Source: Chloracidobacterium sp. (GTDB lineage: Bacteria; Acidobacteriota; Blastocatellia; Chloracidobacteriales; Chloracidobacteriaceae). Taken from it: a DNA stretch of 64,000 nucleotides. Shown here in pieces: positions 46,377-55,001 of this stretch. Within the stretch, counting starts at the first letter, position 1. The number at the start of each line of letters is the position of its first letter. The stretch spans positions 65,555 to 129,554 of the forward strand of contig JANWUV010000011.1 in assembly GCA_025057975.1 (NCBI GenBank), written 5' to 3'. The notes beneath the pieces are model-generated. The model was not told where the DNA came from, made no database searches, and saw only the letters and a program-made list of their open reading frames with translations. The translations under genes and the position numbers were made by a program.

Positions 46377-47276
46377 ATGGAATACCGCCGACTTGGACAA
46401 ACCGACATGCACGTAAGCGCGCTGGGGTTCGGCGGCGCGGAAATCGGCTTTACGCCCGGCGTCACCCAAGGGCAGGTCACAGCGCTCATCGGCGCGGCCA
46501 TTGACGCCGGCCTCAATGTTATTGATACAGCCGCAGCCTACCAGTCCAGTGAAGCCATGCTTGGCGTAGCCCTCGCCGGACGGAGGCAAAACGTCTTCCT
46601 GTTTACAAAGTGCGGCGCGACGGATGGCTTCACGCGCTACGACTGGTCGGAAGCAGGCGTGCTGGAACACATCGCGGAAAGCCTGCGCCGCCTGCGAACC
46701 GATTACCTCGATCTGGTCCAACTGCACTCCTGCGACGCGGAAACTCTCCGGCGAGGCGAGTGCATCACCGGACTGCAACGGGCGCGGGAACGCGGCATGA
46801 CGCGCTACATTGGCTACAGCGGCGACGGTGAGGCGGCGAAATTCGCGGTTGAACTCGGCGTCTTCGACACACTGCAAACCTCGATCAACATTGCCGATCA
46901 GGAGGCGATTGATCTGACACTGCCCCTGGCGCGGGCGCGCAACATGGGCGTTATCGCCAAGCGTCCCATCGCCAATGCCGCATGGCGTACGGGACGGCGG
47001 CCAGACAATCCCTACCACCACACCTACTGGGAGCGCCTCCAAAAACTCAACTACGATTTCCTCAAATGGGACGTGGACGCCGCCGTTGGCTACGCGCTGC
47101 GCTTTACCCTCTCGCAGCCCGGCGTACACACGGCGATTGTCGGAACGACGCAGGCCGGCCGCTGGGAAGCCAATGCGCGCCACGTCGCCGCCGGCCCGTT
47201 GCCGGAAAGCGACATCGCGGCGATTCGCGCCCGCTGGCGGGAAGTCGCCGACGCGACGTGGGTCGGACAAATCTGA
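46377..47276 (+). CDS. Aldo/keto reductase
   Basis: MEYRRLGQTDMHVSALGFGGAEIG, VIDTAAAY, DLVQLHSCD. Confidence 0.85.
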   Translation: MEYRRLGQTDMHVSALGFGGAEIGFTPGVTQGQVTALIGAAIDAGLNVIDTAAAYQSSEAMLGVALAGRRQNVFLFTKCGATDGFTRYDWSEAGVLEHIAESLRRLRTDYLDLVQLHSCDAETLRRGECITGLQRARERGMTRYIGYSGDGEAAKFAVELGVFDTLQTSINIADQEAIDLTLPLARARNMGVIAKRPIANAAWRTGRRPDNPYHHTYWERLQKLNYDFLKWDVDAAVGYALRFTLSQPGVHTAIVGTTQAGRWEANARHVAAGPLPESDIAAIRARWREVADATWVGQI

Positions 47277-47344
47277 CGTCCGGCGCGGCGGCCGTTCGGT
47301 CGCCGCTCACGTCTCGCCCAACAGGCGCAGCAGGTTCTCGCGGG

Positions 47345-47512
47345 TCAGCAGAGGGCGTACAACCCGCGACGCAGTTGGTAGAGGCGGCCGGCCGTCGTCC
47401 AGCGCGAGAGTTGACGCCGCACGTCGTTCGGGTCAACCGCGCCGGCTAGGAGCAATCCGGTCTCGAAGACCGGCTCGTTGCCGACCAGTCGGAGGAGTTC
47501 TGCAAATTCCAT
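47345..47512 (-). pseudogene. Truncated AbiEi-family (type IV TA antitoxin) N-terminal stub, 55 codons
   Basis: Below the track's size cut-off. Hand translation: MEFAELLRLVGNEPVFETGLLLAGAVDPNDVRRQLSRWTTAGRLYQLRRGLYALC-stop. The ..PVF.tgLL..g....v..QLSRW...G.L.QLRRGLY.L pattern is the AbiEi_4 N-terminal domain. Full-length members are several-fold longer, and no AbiEii toxin gene follows. Confidence 0.6.
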
Positions 47513-47636
47513 GGCTGGATTTTGCCGCGCATGGCAAGTTCCTGCGATGAAAACTTGCCACGTTTTCCGCCCAATGTAGCGCCCTCTGACGAGACCTCCG
47601 ATGAGCGAGCGCCGTCATGCTTGCGCGGGAACGGCG

Positions 47637-49070
47637 CTAACGCGCCAAGACGCGCACCAAGATGCCCAAACGGTCGGCCAGCGTCCGCGCCGCCGTCCCA
47701 AAACCGAAACGCAACGTATCCACTAGCCGATCAAACGGCGAGGCGGTTCCGGCAGGCGGGCCGTCCAGCACAAACGCCGCAAACGCCGCCGCAAGGCCGT
47801 CGCCGCCGTCGGCGACGACATTCCAACCGGGACGAAAATTCGACGCCACGCCCTCCAGCATCTGCACCAGCCGAAAGGCGTAGAGCAAATCGGGCGGAAT
47901 GACGAATTTGAGGTTCGAGTGTCGCCGGAGGAGGTCTTCCAGCGCCGCAACGCGCTCACGGGTGTTGTTGTTGAAGGCGACGCTCAGCCGCGCAAACGCC
48001 GCCACAAACCGCTCCGCTTCAGCGCGGGGCGACTCCGGCGACAGCATGCCCGATGCGTAAAGACAATCCACCACCCGCCCCATGTCGCCGCTGAGCGCCG
48101 CCCGCGCCGCATCGTAGAGCGTTCGGCGCGTCGCCTCCGACAGTTCGCGCACCAACCCGAAGTCAAGCAGCACCAGCGTACCGTCAGGCTGGACGAGAAA
48201 ATTCCCCGGATGCGGATCGGCGTGGTAGTAGCCGTCCAGCAGCATCATCCGGGCGTACAACTCCACCAAGCGGTTGAGCAGCGCGTCGGTGTCCACGCCC
48301 CATGCGCGCAACCGGGCGACATCGGCGATGCGCGCGCCGGGGCAGAACTCCAGCGTCAGGACGTTCGGCGTGCAACGCGCCGGAACGGTGTACGGCACGT
48401 AAACGCCCGGCATGCCCGCCAGTTGCTCGCGCAGGCGTTCGGCGTGCTCGCGTTCGGCGGCGAAGTCGGCTTCCTCGAAAAAGCCCGACTCGATGGCGTC
48501 CAGAATGTCGTCAATCAGCTTCCACTGGCGGCGCGGGTCAATCCGGCGACCCAGATACGCCCACCAGCGCAGCAGACGCAGATCAAGCGCCAAACGCTCG
48601 CGCGTGTCGGGACGCAGAAACTTCACCACCACGTCCCGTCCGGCGTAGCGCGCGCGATGCACCTGCCCGATGCTCGCCGTCGCCAGTGGCGTCTCGTCAA
48701 AGGCGTCAAACGCCAAGGCGAGGGGCATGCCGAATTCGCGTTCAAGCGCCGCCCGAACGTAGCGAAAATCCACCGGCGTAACGTCATCCTGCAAACGGCT
48801 GAGTTCAGCGACATAGGGCGGCGGGAGAAAATCCGCGCGCACGCCAAGCAGTTGCCCCAACTTGACGAAGATGACACCCAACCGCTCGCAGGCTTCGCGC
48901 AGCCGCCGCGCCGCACGGGCATCAAGCGCGTCCAGGTGGGGCGACGCCGGGCGCAGCGTCGCCCAAACTAAGCGCCGCGCCACCAGCCAGAGCACCGGCG
49001 TCAGCATTGTCAGGATGACACAGGTCCTCCGCAGCAAAGCGAACGGACGCGCCGGTTGAACGGGAGTCAC
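47637..49070 (-). CDS. ABC1/UbiB/AarF atypical kinase family protein
   Basis: FVKLGQLLGVRADFLPPPYVAELSRLQD, ASIGQVHRA, YHADPHPGNFLV. The start at 49070 is GTG; an internal ATG at 49007 is possible. Confidence 0.85.
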   Translation of the reverse strand: MTPVQPARPFALLRRTCVILTMLTPVLWLVARRLVWATLRPASPHLDALDARAARRLREACERLGVIFVKLGQLLGVRADFLPPPYVAELSRLQDDVTPVDFRYVRAALEREFGMPLALAFDAFDETPLATASIGQVHRARYAGRDVVVKFLRPDTRERLALDLRLLRWWAYLGRRIDPRRQWKLIDDILDAIESGFFEEADFAAEREHAERLREQLAGMPGVYVPYTVPARCTPNVLTLEFCPGARIADVARLRAWGVDTDALLNRLVELYARMMLLDGYYHADPHPGNFLVQPDGTLVLLDFGLVRELSEATRRTLYDAARAALSGDMGRVVDCLYASGMLSPESPRAEAERFVAAFARLSVAFNNNTRERVAALEDLLRRHSNLKFVIPPDLLYAFRLVQMLEGVASNFRPGWNVVADGGDGLAAAFAAFVLDGPPAGTASPFDRLVDTLRFGFGTAARTLADRLGILVRVLAR

Positions 49071-49097
49071 AGAACTTGCCTCACGCGGACGCCGAGT

Positions 49098-50093
49098 CTA
49101 CTTCGCCGTCAAGGTCATCAACAGTTGGCGGCCATTGTAGAGCAGAAGCTGGTTGTCGCGCACTACAAACCGGTTGACCTTCGGCAGCGCACGATTGAAA
49201 CGCATTTCAAGCTTGCGAACGGCTTCGTCCAGACAAGCGCGCTTCGTACCGGCAAGCTGAAAAAACTTGATTCGGTCGCCGCGTATGTCGTAGCGCCCTG
49301 CAAAGCGATTACAGCCGTCAGAGCCGGTGACGCGCAGCGTGGAAGCGTCAAACTCAAGGAAGGGTTCGGCGGTGTTGACCGGCTTGCCTTCAAGCTTGGT
49401 GAGCGTCCAGCGGCGGCCGCTCAGCGTCGTGTCAGTAGGTGGTTCAGGGTTGGCCGGCGGTTCAGATCCCGCGTCCGGGCAGGCCGGACGGTGCCGGACG
49501 TTCGTCGCCACAACTACCGGCAAGTCGTCGTGGTGGAGCGTATAGGTCACAACCGCCCGCCGTGATGGACAGCAAGCCGGGTCGCCGGCGGCGTAGCGGT
49601 CAAACTCAGCGACAAGTTCGGTGGGCGTCACCAGCGTGACATCCGCCAGTGCGCCGTCGGTTCGGGCGTTCATTGCGACCGGCGCGAGCGTTCCAGCGTA
49701 ACGACCGTCCCAATAAACGAACGCCTGGTAGCCCACCGGACGACACATGCCGTCCCAGCCCGTTGTCGCCAGGATCACCTGCGTTGCGTCAAACGTTTGC
49801 GCCGCGCCGAAAAGCTTCCACCCACGTTTGACAAGTGTCCGCTCAGCGGCGGTGACAGGACGGCGCAGGCGCTCATTGCAAACGGCGGGGGCAGCGATGT
49901 CCGGAATGTCAGCGGGTTCCGGCGGAGAGGGCGTCCGACCGTCCGGGCGGTTCCAGTTCGTCAGGGGCTGATCCAGCCAAAGGCCGGTGACCGCTGTGGC
50001 GCGGCGACCGGCCGCCTCCGGCGTTGACAGGGCGAAAACGATGACGGCGGCGACGAAGAGCAAACCCGCCATGCGCAACATGGCAACACGCAT
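49098..50093 (-). CDS. Secreted protein with C-terminal META (HslJ-like) domain
   Basis: RWTLTKLEGKPV...LEFDASTLRVTGSDGCNRFAGRYDIRGDRIKF..AGTKRAC is the META signature. Start at ATG 50093 (MRVAMLRMAGLLFVAAVIVFAL). The upstream part of the track ORF is Arg-rich and overlaps another gene. Confidence 0.7.
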   Translation of the reverse strand: MRVAMLRMAGLLFVAAVIVFALSTPEAAGRRATAVTGLWLDQPLTNWNRPDGRTPSPPEPADIPDIAAPAVCNERLRRPVTAAERTLVKRGWKLFGAAQTFDATQVILATTGWDGMCRPVGYQAFVYWDGRYAGTLAPVAMNARTDGALADVTLVTPTELVAEFDRYAAGDPACCPSRRAVVTYTLHHDDLPVVVATNVRHRPACPDAGSEPPANPEPPTDTTLSGRRWTLTKLEGKPVNTAEPFLEFDASTLRVTGSDGCNRFAGRYDIRGDRIKFFQLAGTKRACLDEAVRKLEMRFNRALPKVNRFVVRDNQLLLYNGRQLLMTLTAK

Positions 50094-50175
50094 CCTTTCC
50101 CGGCGCTGAGATTGGCGTCGCCGGTACAACCGCCAACGTGCGGCGCCGGCTGTACGGCCTCCGCACACCGGATGC

Positions 50176-50475
50176 TCAAGCGTCTTCCGCTGTTGCCGCC
50201 TTGGCGGCCGGCTTCGGCGCAGCTTTGGCGGCTGGTTTTTCCGCCGCCGGCGACTTCGGCGCGGCAACGCGCGGCGCGGCTCCGCCGCCCGTCGCTCCCA
50301 TCTTGCCGGGGTCGAAGTCGGCCAGCTCATTGTAGAGCCGGATGTAAAAGTTTGGGAAAAAGCTCGAAAACTGAAACGTCGTCACGTAAAAGATGCCTGT
50401 CCCGGCAATGGCGGCCAGCCGGAGCAACCCTTCTAGGGGCTTGAGGTCATCACGCTCAAACTTGAGTAATTCCAT
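50176..50475 (-). CDS. Small hypothetical protein with hydrophobic core and Ala/Lys/Pro-rich tail
   Basis: MELLKFERDDLKPLEGLLRLAAIAGTGIFYVTTFQFSSFFPNFYIRLYNELADFDPG, then AAPKSPAAEKPAAKAAPKPAAKAATAEDA. A ggagg SD lies 9 nt upstream of the ATG at 50475. Confidence 0.5.
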   Translation of the reverse strand: MELLKFERDDLKPLEGLLRLAAIAGTGIFYVTTFQFSSFFPNFYIRLYNELADFDPGKMGATGGGAAPRVAAPKSPAAEKPAAKAAPKPAAKAATAEDA

Positions 50476-50505
50476 GCGAGCCATCCTCCAGCGGATCGTA
50501 TGAGG

Positions 50506-51273
50506 TTATTCGCCGTCCGGCCGTCCGGGGCGATTGGGACGCGGGCCGCCGCCGAAGGGCGGTGGGGCGGAAGGCTTCGGGCGCGGCGCAGCTGGCGGCA
50601 CTGGCGACGCCATTGGCTGAGTTTCTTCTAGTGACTGGCCTTGTGGAGGCGGTGAGGCCAGTTTTTGGGTTTTTTCCACCGACGCGCTTTCGAGCGGCTG
50701 GGCGGCCGGCGCTTCTATCGCCGGGTTGCTTACTGGCGGAGGCGGCGTCGGCTCCGGCTTTGGCGGCGACGCAGCCTTTGGCGCGGCTGCCTCAGCGACA
50801 GGCGGCGGCGCAGGTTTGGCTTCCGGCGCAGCTGGCGCTGCGACTGCCGGAGACGGCGCAGGTTCCGATTTTGGTGCCGGCTTCGGTGCAGCCGTCTCAA
50901 CAACGGGCGGCGGCGCGGCTTTGACTTCCGGCGCCGAAGCCAGCTCAGGCTTCAACGCCGGTTCAGATTTTGGGGGCGGCGCCGCCGCCTCCGCGTTCGG
51001 TGCAGATTTTGCCGGCGGCGGCTTCGGGGCGGCTTCCGGTTTGGCGGCTGGAGCCGTCATCTTTGGGGTCGCCGGCTTGGGCGTTTCTGGGGCCGGTGCC
51101 GGAATCGGCAACTCCTCTACATCGGCGGACAGGTCGGGGAACATCGTTTTCTGCACCTTGGTGAAAGCCCCGGCAAACGCCGTGTAGGTGTTGCCAACAT
51201 TGTCAATGTATTCGGCGAGGGCGTTTTCAAAGTCGCCGAACCGCTCGTTGATGACGTTGCGAAACAGTCCCAT
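50506..51273 (-). CDS. Hypothetical protein: about 45-aa globular N-terminus plus about 200-aa Pro/Ala/Lys/Glu-rich repeat region
   Basis: MGLFRNVINERFGDFENALAEYIDNVGNTYTAFAGAFTKVQKTMFPDL, then PAAKPEAAPKPPPAKS... with a recurring KxAPPPV(V/A)E(T/A)AAPK unit. The strand was chosen because only this frame has a non-repetitive N-terminal domain plus an SD. Confidence 0.5.
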   Translation of the reverse strand: MGLFRNVINERFGDFENALAEYIDNVGNTYTAFAGAFTKVQKTMFPDLSADVEELPIPAPAPETPKPATPKMTAPAAKPEAAPKPPPAKSAPNAEAAAPPPKSEPALKPELASAPEVKAAPPPVVETAAPKPAPKSEPAPSPAVAAPAAPEAKPAPPPVAEAAAPKAASPPKPEPTPPPPVSNPAIEAPAAQPLESASVEKTQKLASPPPQGQSLEETQPMASPVPPAAPRPKPSAPPPFGGGPRPNRPGRPDGE

Positions 51274-51484
51274 ACAGACCCATGTTCCTTTCAAAACAAC
51301 GACGCCGCGCCCCAACGTCGCCGGACGGGGACTGAAGCGGAAGTTGACGCGGGATGGGCGCGTGGAGGCCTGTTTTCACTGTAGGGCGCAGCACCGCCAA
51401 GTGTCAATTTTTCGGCTTTGACCGTCACGGGTAGCTCCGCGTGTTGTCAGACAAAGCTTGCTGTACGCTTCGAGATCCGCCACG

Positions 51485-52732
51485 ATGGGAAAGCTTCTCC
51501 CCGCGTCGCTTGCCGTATTGAGCCTTGGCGGTGGTGGCCACGTGATGTCCCTTGCTTGCTCTGCCTGTTATTCTGCTTGGCGAACTTTTGTCGTCACGTT
51601 CTGCGCTGCGCTAAGCGTCCTGTGCGCCGCCTGTTCGCGCCAGACGCCAACACCGCGTACGCCCAAGCCTATTCAAGCCGACGTCTTTGAAATCGGCCCG
51701 CTGACACCAGTCACGATTTCACCCGGCAAAGACCTCACGAAGTTCCTACATAGCGACCATACCGAGCAAGTAGATGCGCGGTTGACCTGTAACTACTGTC
51801 ATGGAGTCGAGGCGAACCTCCAGAAACTGGCCAAGTACGCTGACAACCCTAAAGAAGCTAACAAACCACCTTACCCAGGCCACGCCAGTTGCATGGCCTG
51901 TCACATGGCGGAGTTCACCCGGACGCAAAACGCACCAATACCCACAGCGGCGAAAGCCGTTCAGGACATGCCGACGGGACCGTGGTCGGGGATGTGCTAT
52001 GTCTGTCACCGGCAGGTTGGTCTCGACCGGGAAGGCGTCAACGCGATGGATGTCTTTCCGGCGCGGCTTAGCCACAACGTTGTTTTCACGGCTGAGCAGC
52101 ACCGCGAGCACCTAAACTACGTCTACCCATCCGATCTTCCGAACCCCCAACTGGCCGGCAAGAAGATGGACGACAAAACCTGCCGGGACTGCCACACGGT
52201 TTTACCGTGGCCGCAACCAGGAGTGAGTTTTGAGGCGCATACGACGTGTTACGCCTGCCATCGGACAAGCGAGTACCGCCCGCCGGCCATCGGCGTCAAA
52301 AGCGAGGTCCCGCCCGGCGCATTGGCGTCAGGCGCGTGCAACACCTGTCACGTCGCCACGACCAACCTGGAGGAACTCCGCCCGCTGGCGGCCAAGATGC
52401 AGGGCGTCCGGTCATATTCGTTCAAGTTCACGCATGATTCGCACCAACAGGGCAAGTGCACCGACTGTCACAACCTCGACGGAACATACGCCAACCAAGT
52501 CGGGACGCCGCGCGCTAAGCAGCACCTAACCGGAGTGCGCACAGTCGTCGGGCAGGGCTGTTTTAGTTGCCATGACGGCAAGCGCGCTTTTGGCGATTTG
52601 GACGCCGACGGACGAGCAACGCAGGAACATTGCCTGAAGTGCCATACGCCGGCGCAGCTTAGGCCGCTGTTCGGCGCGCCAACGACGTCTCCAAGTGCGC
52701 GGGCTTCCTTGCCCACAGGCTCGTTCCGATAG
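51485..52732 (+). CDS. Multiheme c-type cytochrome (nine CxxCH motifs)
   Basis: CNYCH, CMACH, CYVCH, CRDCH, CYACH, CNTCH, CTDCH, CFSCH, CLKCH, counted in the translation. Hydrophobic N-terminus. Start ambiguous (TTG 51458, ATG 51485, ATG 51545). Confidence 0.85.
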   Translation: MGKLLPASLAVLSLGGGGHVMSLACSACYSAWRTFVVTFCAALSVLCAACSRQTPTPRTPKPIQADVFEIGPLTPVTISPGKDLTKFLHSDHTEQVDARLTCNYCHGVEANLQKLAKYADNPKEANKPPYPGHASCMACHMAEFTRTQNAPIPTAAKAVQDMPTGPWSGMCYVCHRQVGLDREGVNAMDVFPARLSHNVVFTAEQHREHLNYVYPSDLPNPQLAGKKMDDKTCRDCHTVLPWPQPGVSFEAHTTCYACHRTSEYRPPAIGVKSEVPPGALASGACNTCHVATTNLEELRPLAAKMQGVRSYSFKFTHDSHQQGKCTDCHNLDGTYANQVGTPRAKQHLTGVRTVVGQGCFSCHDGKRAFGDLDADGRATQEHCLKCHTPAQLRPLFGAPTTSPSARASLPTGSFR

Positions 52733-52916
52733 CCGGCCCTGCAGGCGCACCCATCCCCAAGCAATGAGAACGTGACATCGGTGGGGTGGATGTGTATCTT
52801 CGGCTTCGATTTGACCCGACCAACGTTGTGACGTCGTTCGCCATCGCACCGCACACGCACTACGACCGTTGGCGACGTTTTTCGTTTGCCGACTTATAAC
52901 AGGAGTACATAGCCCT

Positions 52917-53507
52917 ATGAAACAATGGCTCATCGCCGCTTACATTCTGGGCGCAGGCTGGCTGCTGCTGCCATCGCTCCTAACGGCGCGTTCAACGGTG
53001 GCGGCGACGCCGTTCGCTTCGGCCGCCCTGACGCCGGTGGAAGATGCAAGCACGAAAATGCCGGGGAAGATGGTGTTCGACAACACCGAAAGCGACCCGC
53101 CGTTTTCAAAATACGCTGGTTATAGAGACGACAAGGGCAAAGCGCCTTTCGACCACCAGCAGCACGTGGACTACAAAGGCTCAACCTGCGTCGTGTGTCA
53201 TCACACAAACTCCAAAACGCTGGCGGTGAAGGAAGACGGCGCGGCGAGCGAGCCGGTCATGAAGTGCACGGTCTGTCACACCGACGAAAACATGAAGCCG
53301 TCGCCAGTGGAAGGCACGAACGAAGACCACAAGTTCAAAGGCGTACCGGCGATTGAAGCGATGGAAGCCTACCACGGTGTGGACAACTCGAAGAACCCCG
53401 CCAGTGAAGCTGGGTGCATCACCTGCCATAAGCGGCTGGCGAAGGAGTTTCCGAAGGCGGGGCAGGTGATCTCGTGTAACAGTTGCCATACAGGCAAGGA
53501 TTCATAG
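52917..53507 (+). CDS. Tetraheme cytochrome c (class III / c3-like)
   Basis: CVVCH, CTVCH, CITCH, CNSCH. Signal peptide MKQWLIAAYILGAGWLLLPSLL from the ATG at 52917. Confidence 0.85.
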   Translation: MKQWLIAAYILGAGWLLLPSLLTARSTVAATPFASAALTPVEDASTKMPGKMVFDNTESDPPFSKYAGYRDDKGKAPFDHQQHVDYKGSTCVVCHHTNSKTLAVKEDGAASEPVMKCTVCHTDENMKPSPVEGTNEDHKFKGVPAIEAMEAYHGVDNSKNPASEAGCITCHKRLAKEFPKAGQVISCNSCHTGKDS

Positions 53508-53562
53508 CGGCGCAGTTTCAAGTAGGCGACGCGGTAGGAAGCGTCGTCGCCAAGGTTCAGCT

Positions 53563-54309
53563 GTGGGTAACCTTTCATTCAAAACCTTTCTGCTCGGGCT
53601 GGCGCTCGGCGCGGTGGGCGGCTACGGCGTCGGGCGCTGGCTGCCGAGCCGAAGCGTGGGAAGTCAGGGCATGGGAAGCGCGCCGCCGGCCGCAACAAAG
53701 ACTGCGCCGCCGTTGTCACTGAAACAAACGGCGTCGCTCCCGGCTGACCATCTGCCGCTGACTTCCGGGAACGACGCCGATGAGCCGCCGGCTGTTGCAG
53801 CAGTGCGGCGGGCCGCCGACCAAAACATTGGCGATTACACGGCGCAAATGGATGCGGCGGCGGCGTTGTATCGCGCTGGGAAGTTCGCCGACGCGCTTGC
53901 CTATGCTCAGCGGGCGCGCAATCTGCGCCCGGACAGTCTTGACGCCCTCCTGGCCGTAGGTGTTTCCCAAGCCGAACTGAAACAGTACGATGCGGCGGTC
54001 AAAACGCTCGAACAGGCCGTTGCGCGACGGCCGGACGACGCCGAGGTACGTGCTGAGTTGGCTTATGTTCACCTGCGACGGGCGGCGTTTCGAGAGGCGC
54101 TTGCCGAAGCGGAACGCGCTCAGCGTCTTGCTGAATACTCGGAACGCGCCCTTGAGGTGATAGCGGAAGCGGCGCTGGCGCTCGGCGACAAAGCGCGCGC
54201 AAAAGCGGCTGTGGCGCGCCTGTCCGCCGTCAACCCCGGTAATCCCCGCCTGGCGGAGTTTTCCCAGTCAGCGATGGATGCGCCGGCGCGTACGAAAGGG
54301 AAGCCATGA
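53563..54309 (+). CDS. Membrane-anchored TPR repeat protein
   Basis: N-terminal TM FLLGLALGAVGGYGV, then TPR units (..AAAALYRAGKFADALAYAQRARNLRPDS..). GTG start. Confidence 0.65.
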   Translation: MGNLSFKTFLLGLALGAVGGYGVGRWLPSRSVGSQGMGSAPPAATKTAPPLSLKQTASLPADHLPLTSGNDADEPPAVAAVRRAADQNIGDYTAQMDAAAALYRAGKFADALAYAQRARNLRPDSLDALLAVGVSQAELKQYDAAVKTLEQAVARRPDDAEVRAELAYVHLRRAAFREALAEAERAQRLAEYSERALEVIAEAALALGDKARAKAAVARLSAVNPGNPRLAEFSQSAMDAPARTKGKP

Positions 54310-54890
54310 CAAAGCATCATCCAAAGGTTGAGAAGGACATCTGCAAACTTGTTCCACCACGCCGCGCCGCGCTGCGTCTGGGCTTAGCCGCTGGTGTTGG
54401 AGCGGCGCTGACCGGCTTGGCCGCCGGACAACGCAACCCGCGCAACGCCGACGCTGCCCTGCTCAATGCAGGGCTGGCCCTTGAGCATCAGGCGATTGCA
54501 GCTTACGACGCCGGCTTAGGCACGGGACTGCTCAAAGGCGAAATGCTGGAGTTGGCCAGACACTTCCAGAGCCAGCACCGTGCGCATCGGGATCTGCTGA
54601 CGACGGAAATCCGCAAGTTGGGGGCGACGCCGGTAATGGCGTTGGCGAGTTACACATTCAAAGACAAAAGCGGCGCACCAATCGAACTCAAAACGGCGGA
54701 AGAAATTCTGGTCTTTGCGCTAGGGTTGGAAGCCGGCGCTGCAAGCGCCTACTTGGGCTTACTGCCGCAACTGGCGTCCAAAGCCATGCTGCCCGTCATC
54801 GCCGGCGTCGCCTGCGACGAATCGCAACACGCGGCGGCGATCCGGCTCCTCCTCAGGCAGCAGCCGGCTCCGGACGCCGTGGTGAAGTAA
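54306..54890 (+). CDS. Ferritin-like domain protein with twin-arginine signal
   Basis: PPRRAALRLGLAAGVGAALTGLAAG. LEHQAIAAY...AGVACDESQHAAAIR fits a ferritin-like four-helix metal-site pattern. The start overlaps the upstream stop as ATGA. Confidence 0.65.
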   Translation: MTKHHPKVEKDICKLVPPRRAALRLGLAAGVGAALTGLAAGQRNPRNADAALLNAGLALEHQAIAAYDAGLGTGLLKGEMLELARHFQSQHRAHRDLLTTEIRKLGATPVMALASYTFKDKSGAPIELKTAEEILVFALGLEAGAASAYLGLLPQLASKAMLPVIAGVACDESQHAAAIRLLLRQQPAPDAVVK

Positions 54891-55001
54891 GCGCGTCGGT
54901 GATAGAAAGCGTCAAAAAGCCCTCCTTCGGCCGGATGCGCCGGTTCACGCCGCGCATTGGTCGGCAAGCTTTGTGTTTCTGTTTTGTAGTTTTTAAGGGG
55001 T

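Noticed and set aside
50665-51384. Plus-strand Gly/Arg-rich ORFs (239 aa and 153 aa) opposite the Pro/Ala-rich gene
   Set aside because: They are mirror images of a low-complexity repeat. Only the minus-strand frame has a non-repetitive N-terminal domain and an SD-ATG context. Strand choice remains unproven and is flagged in the findings.
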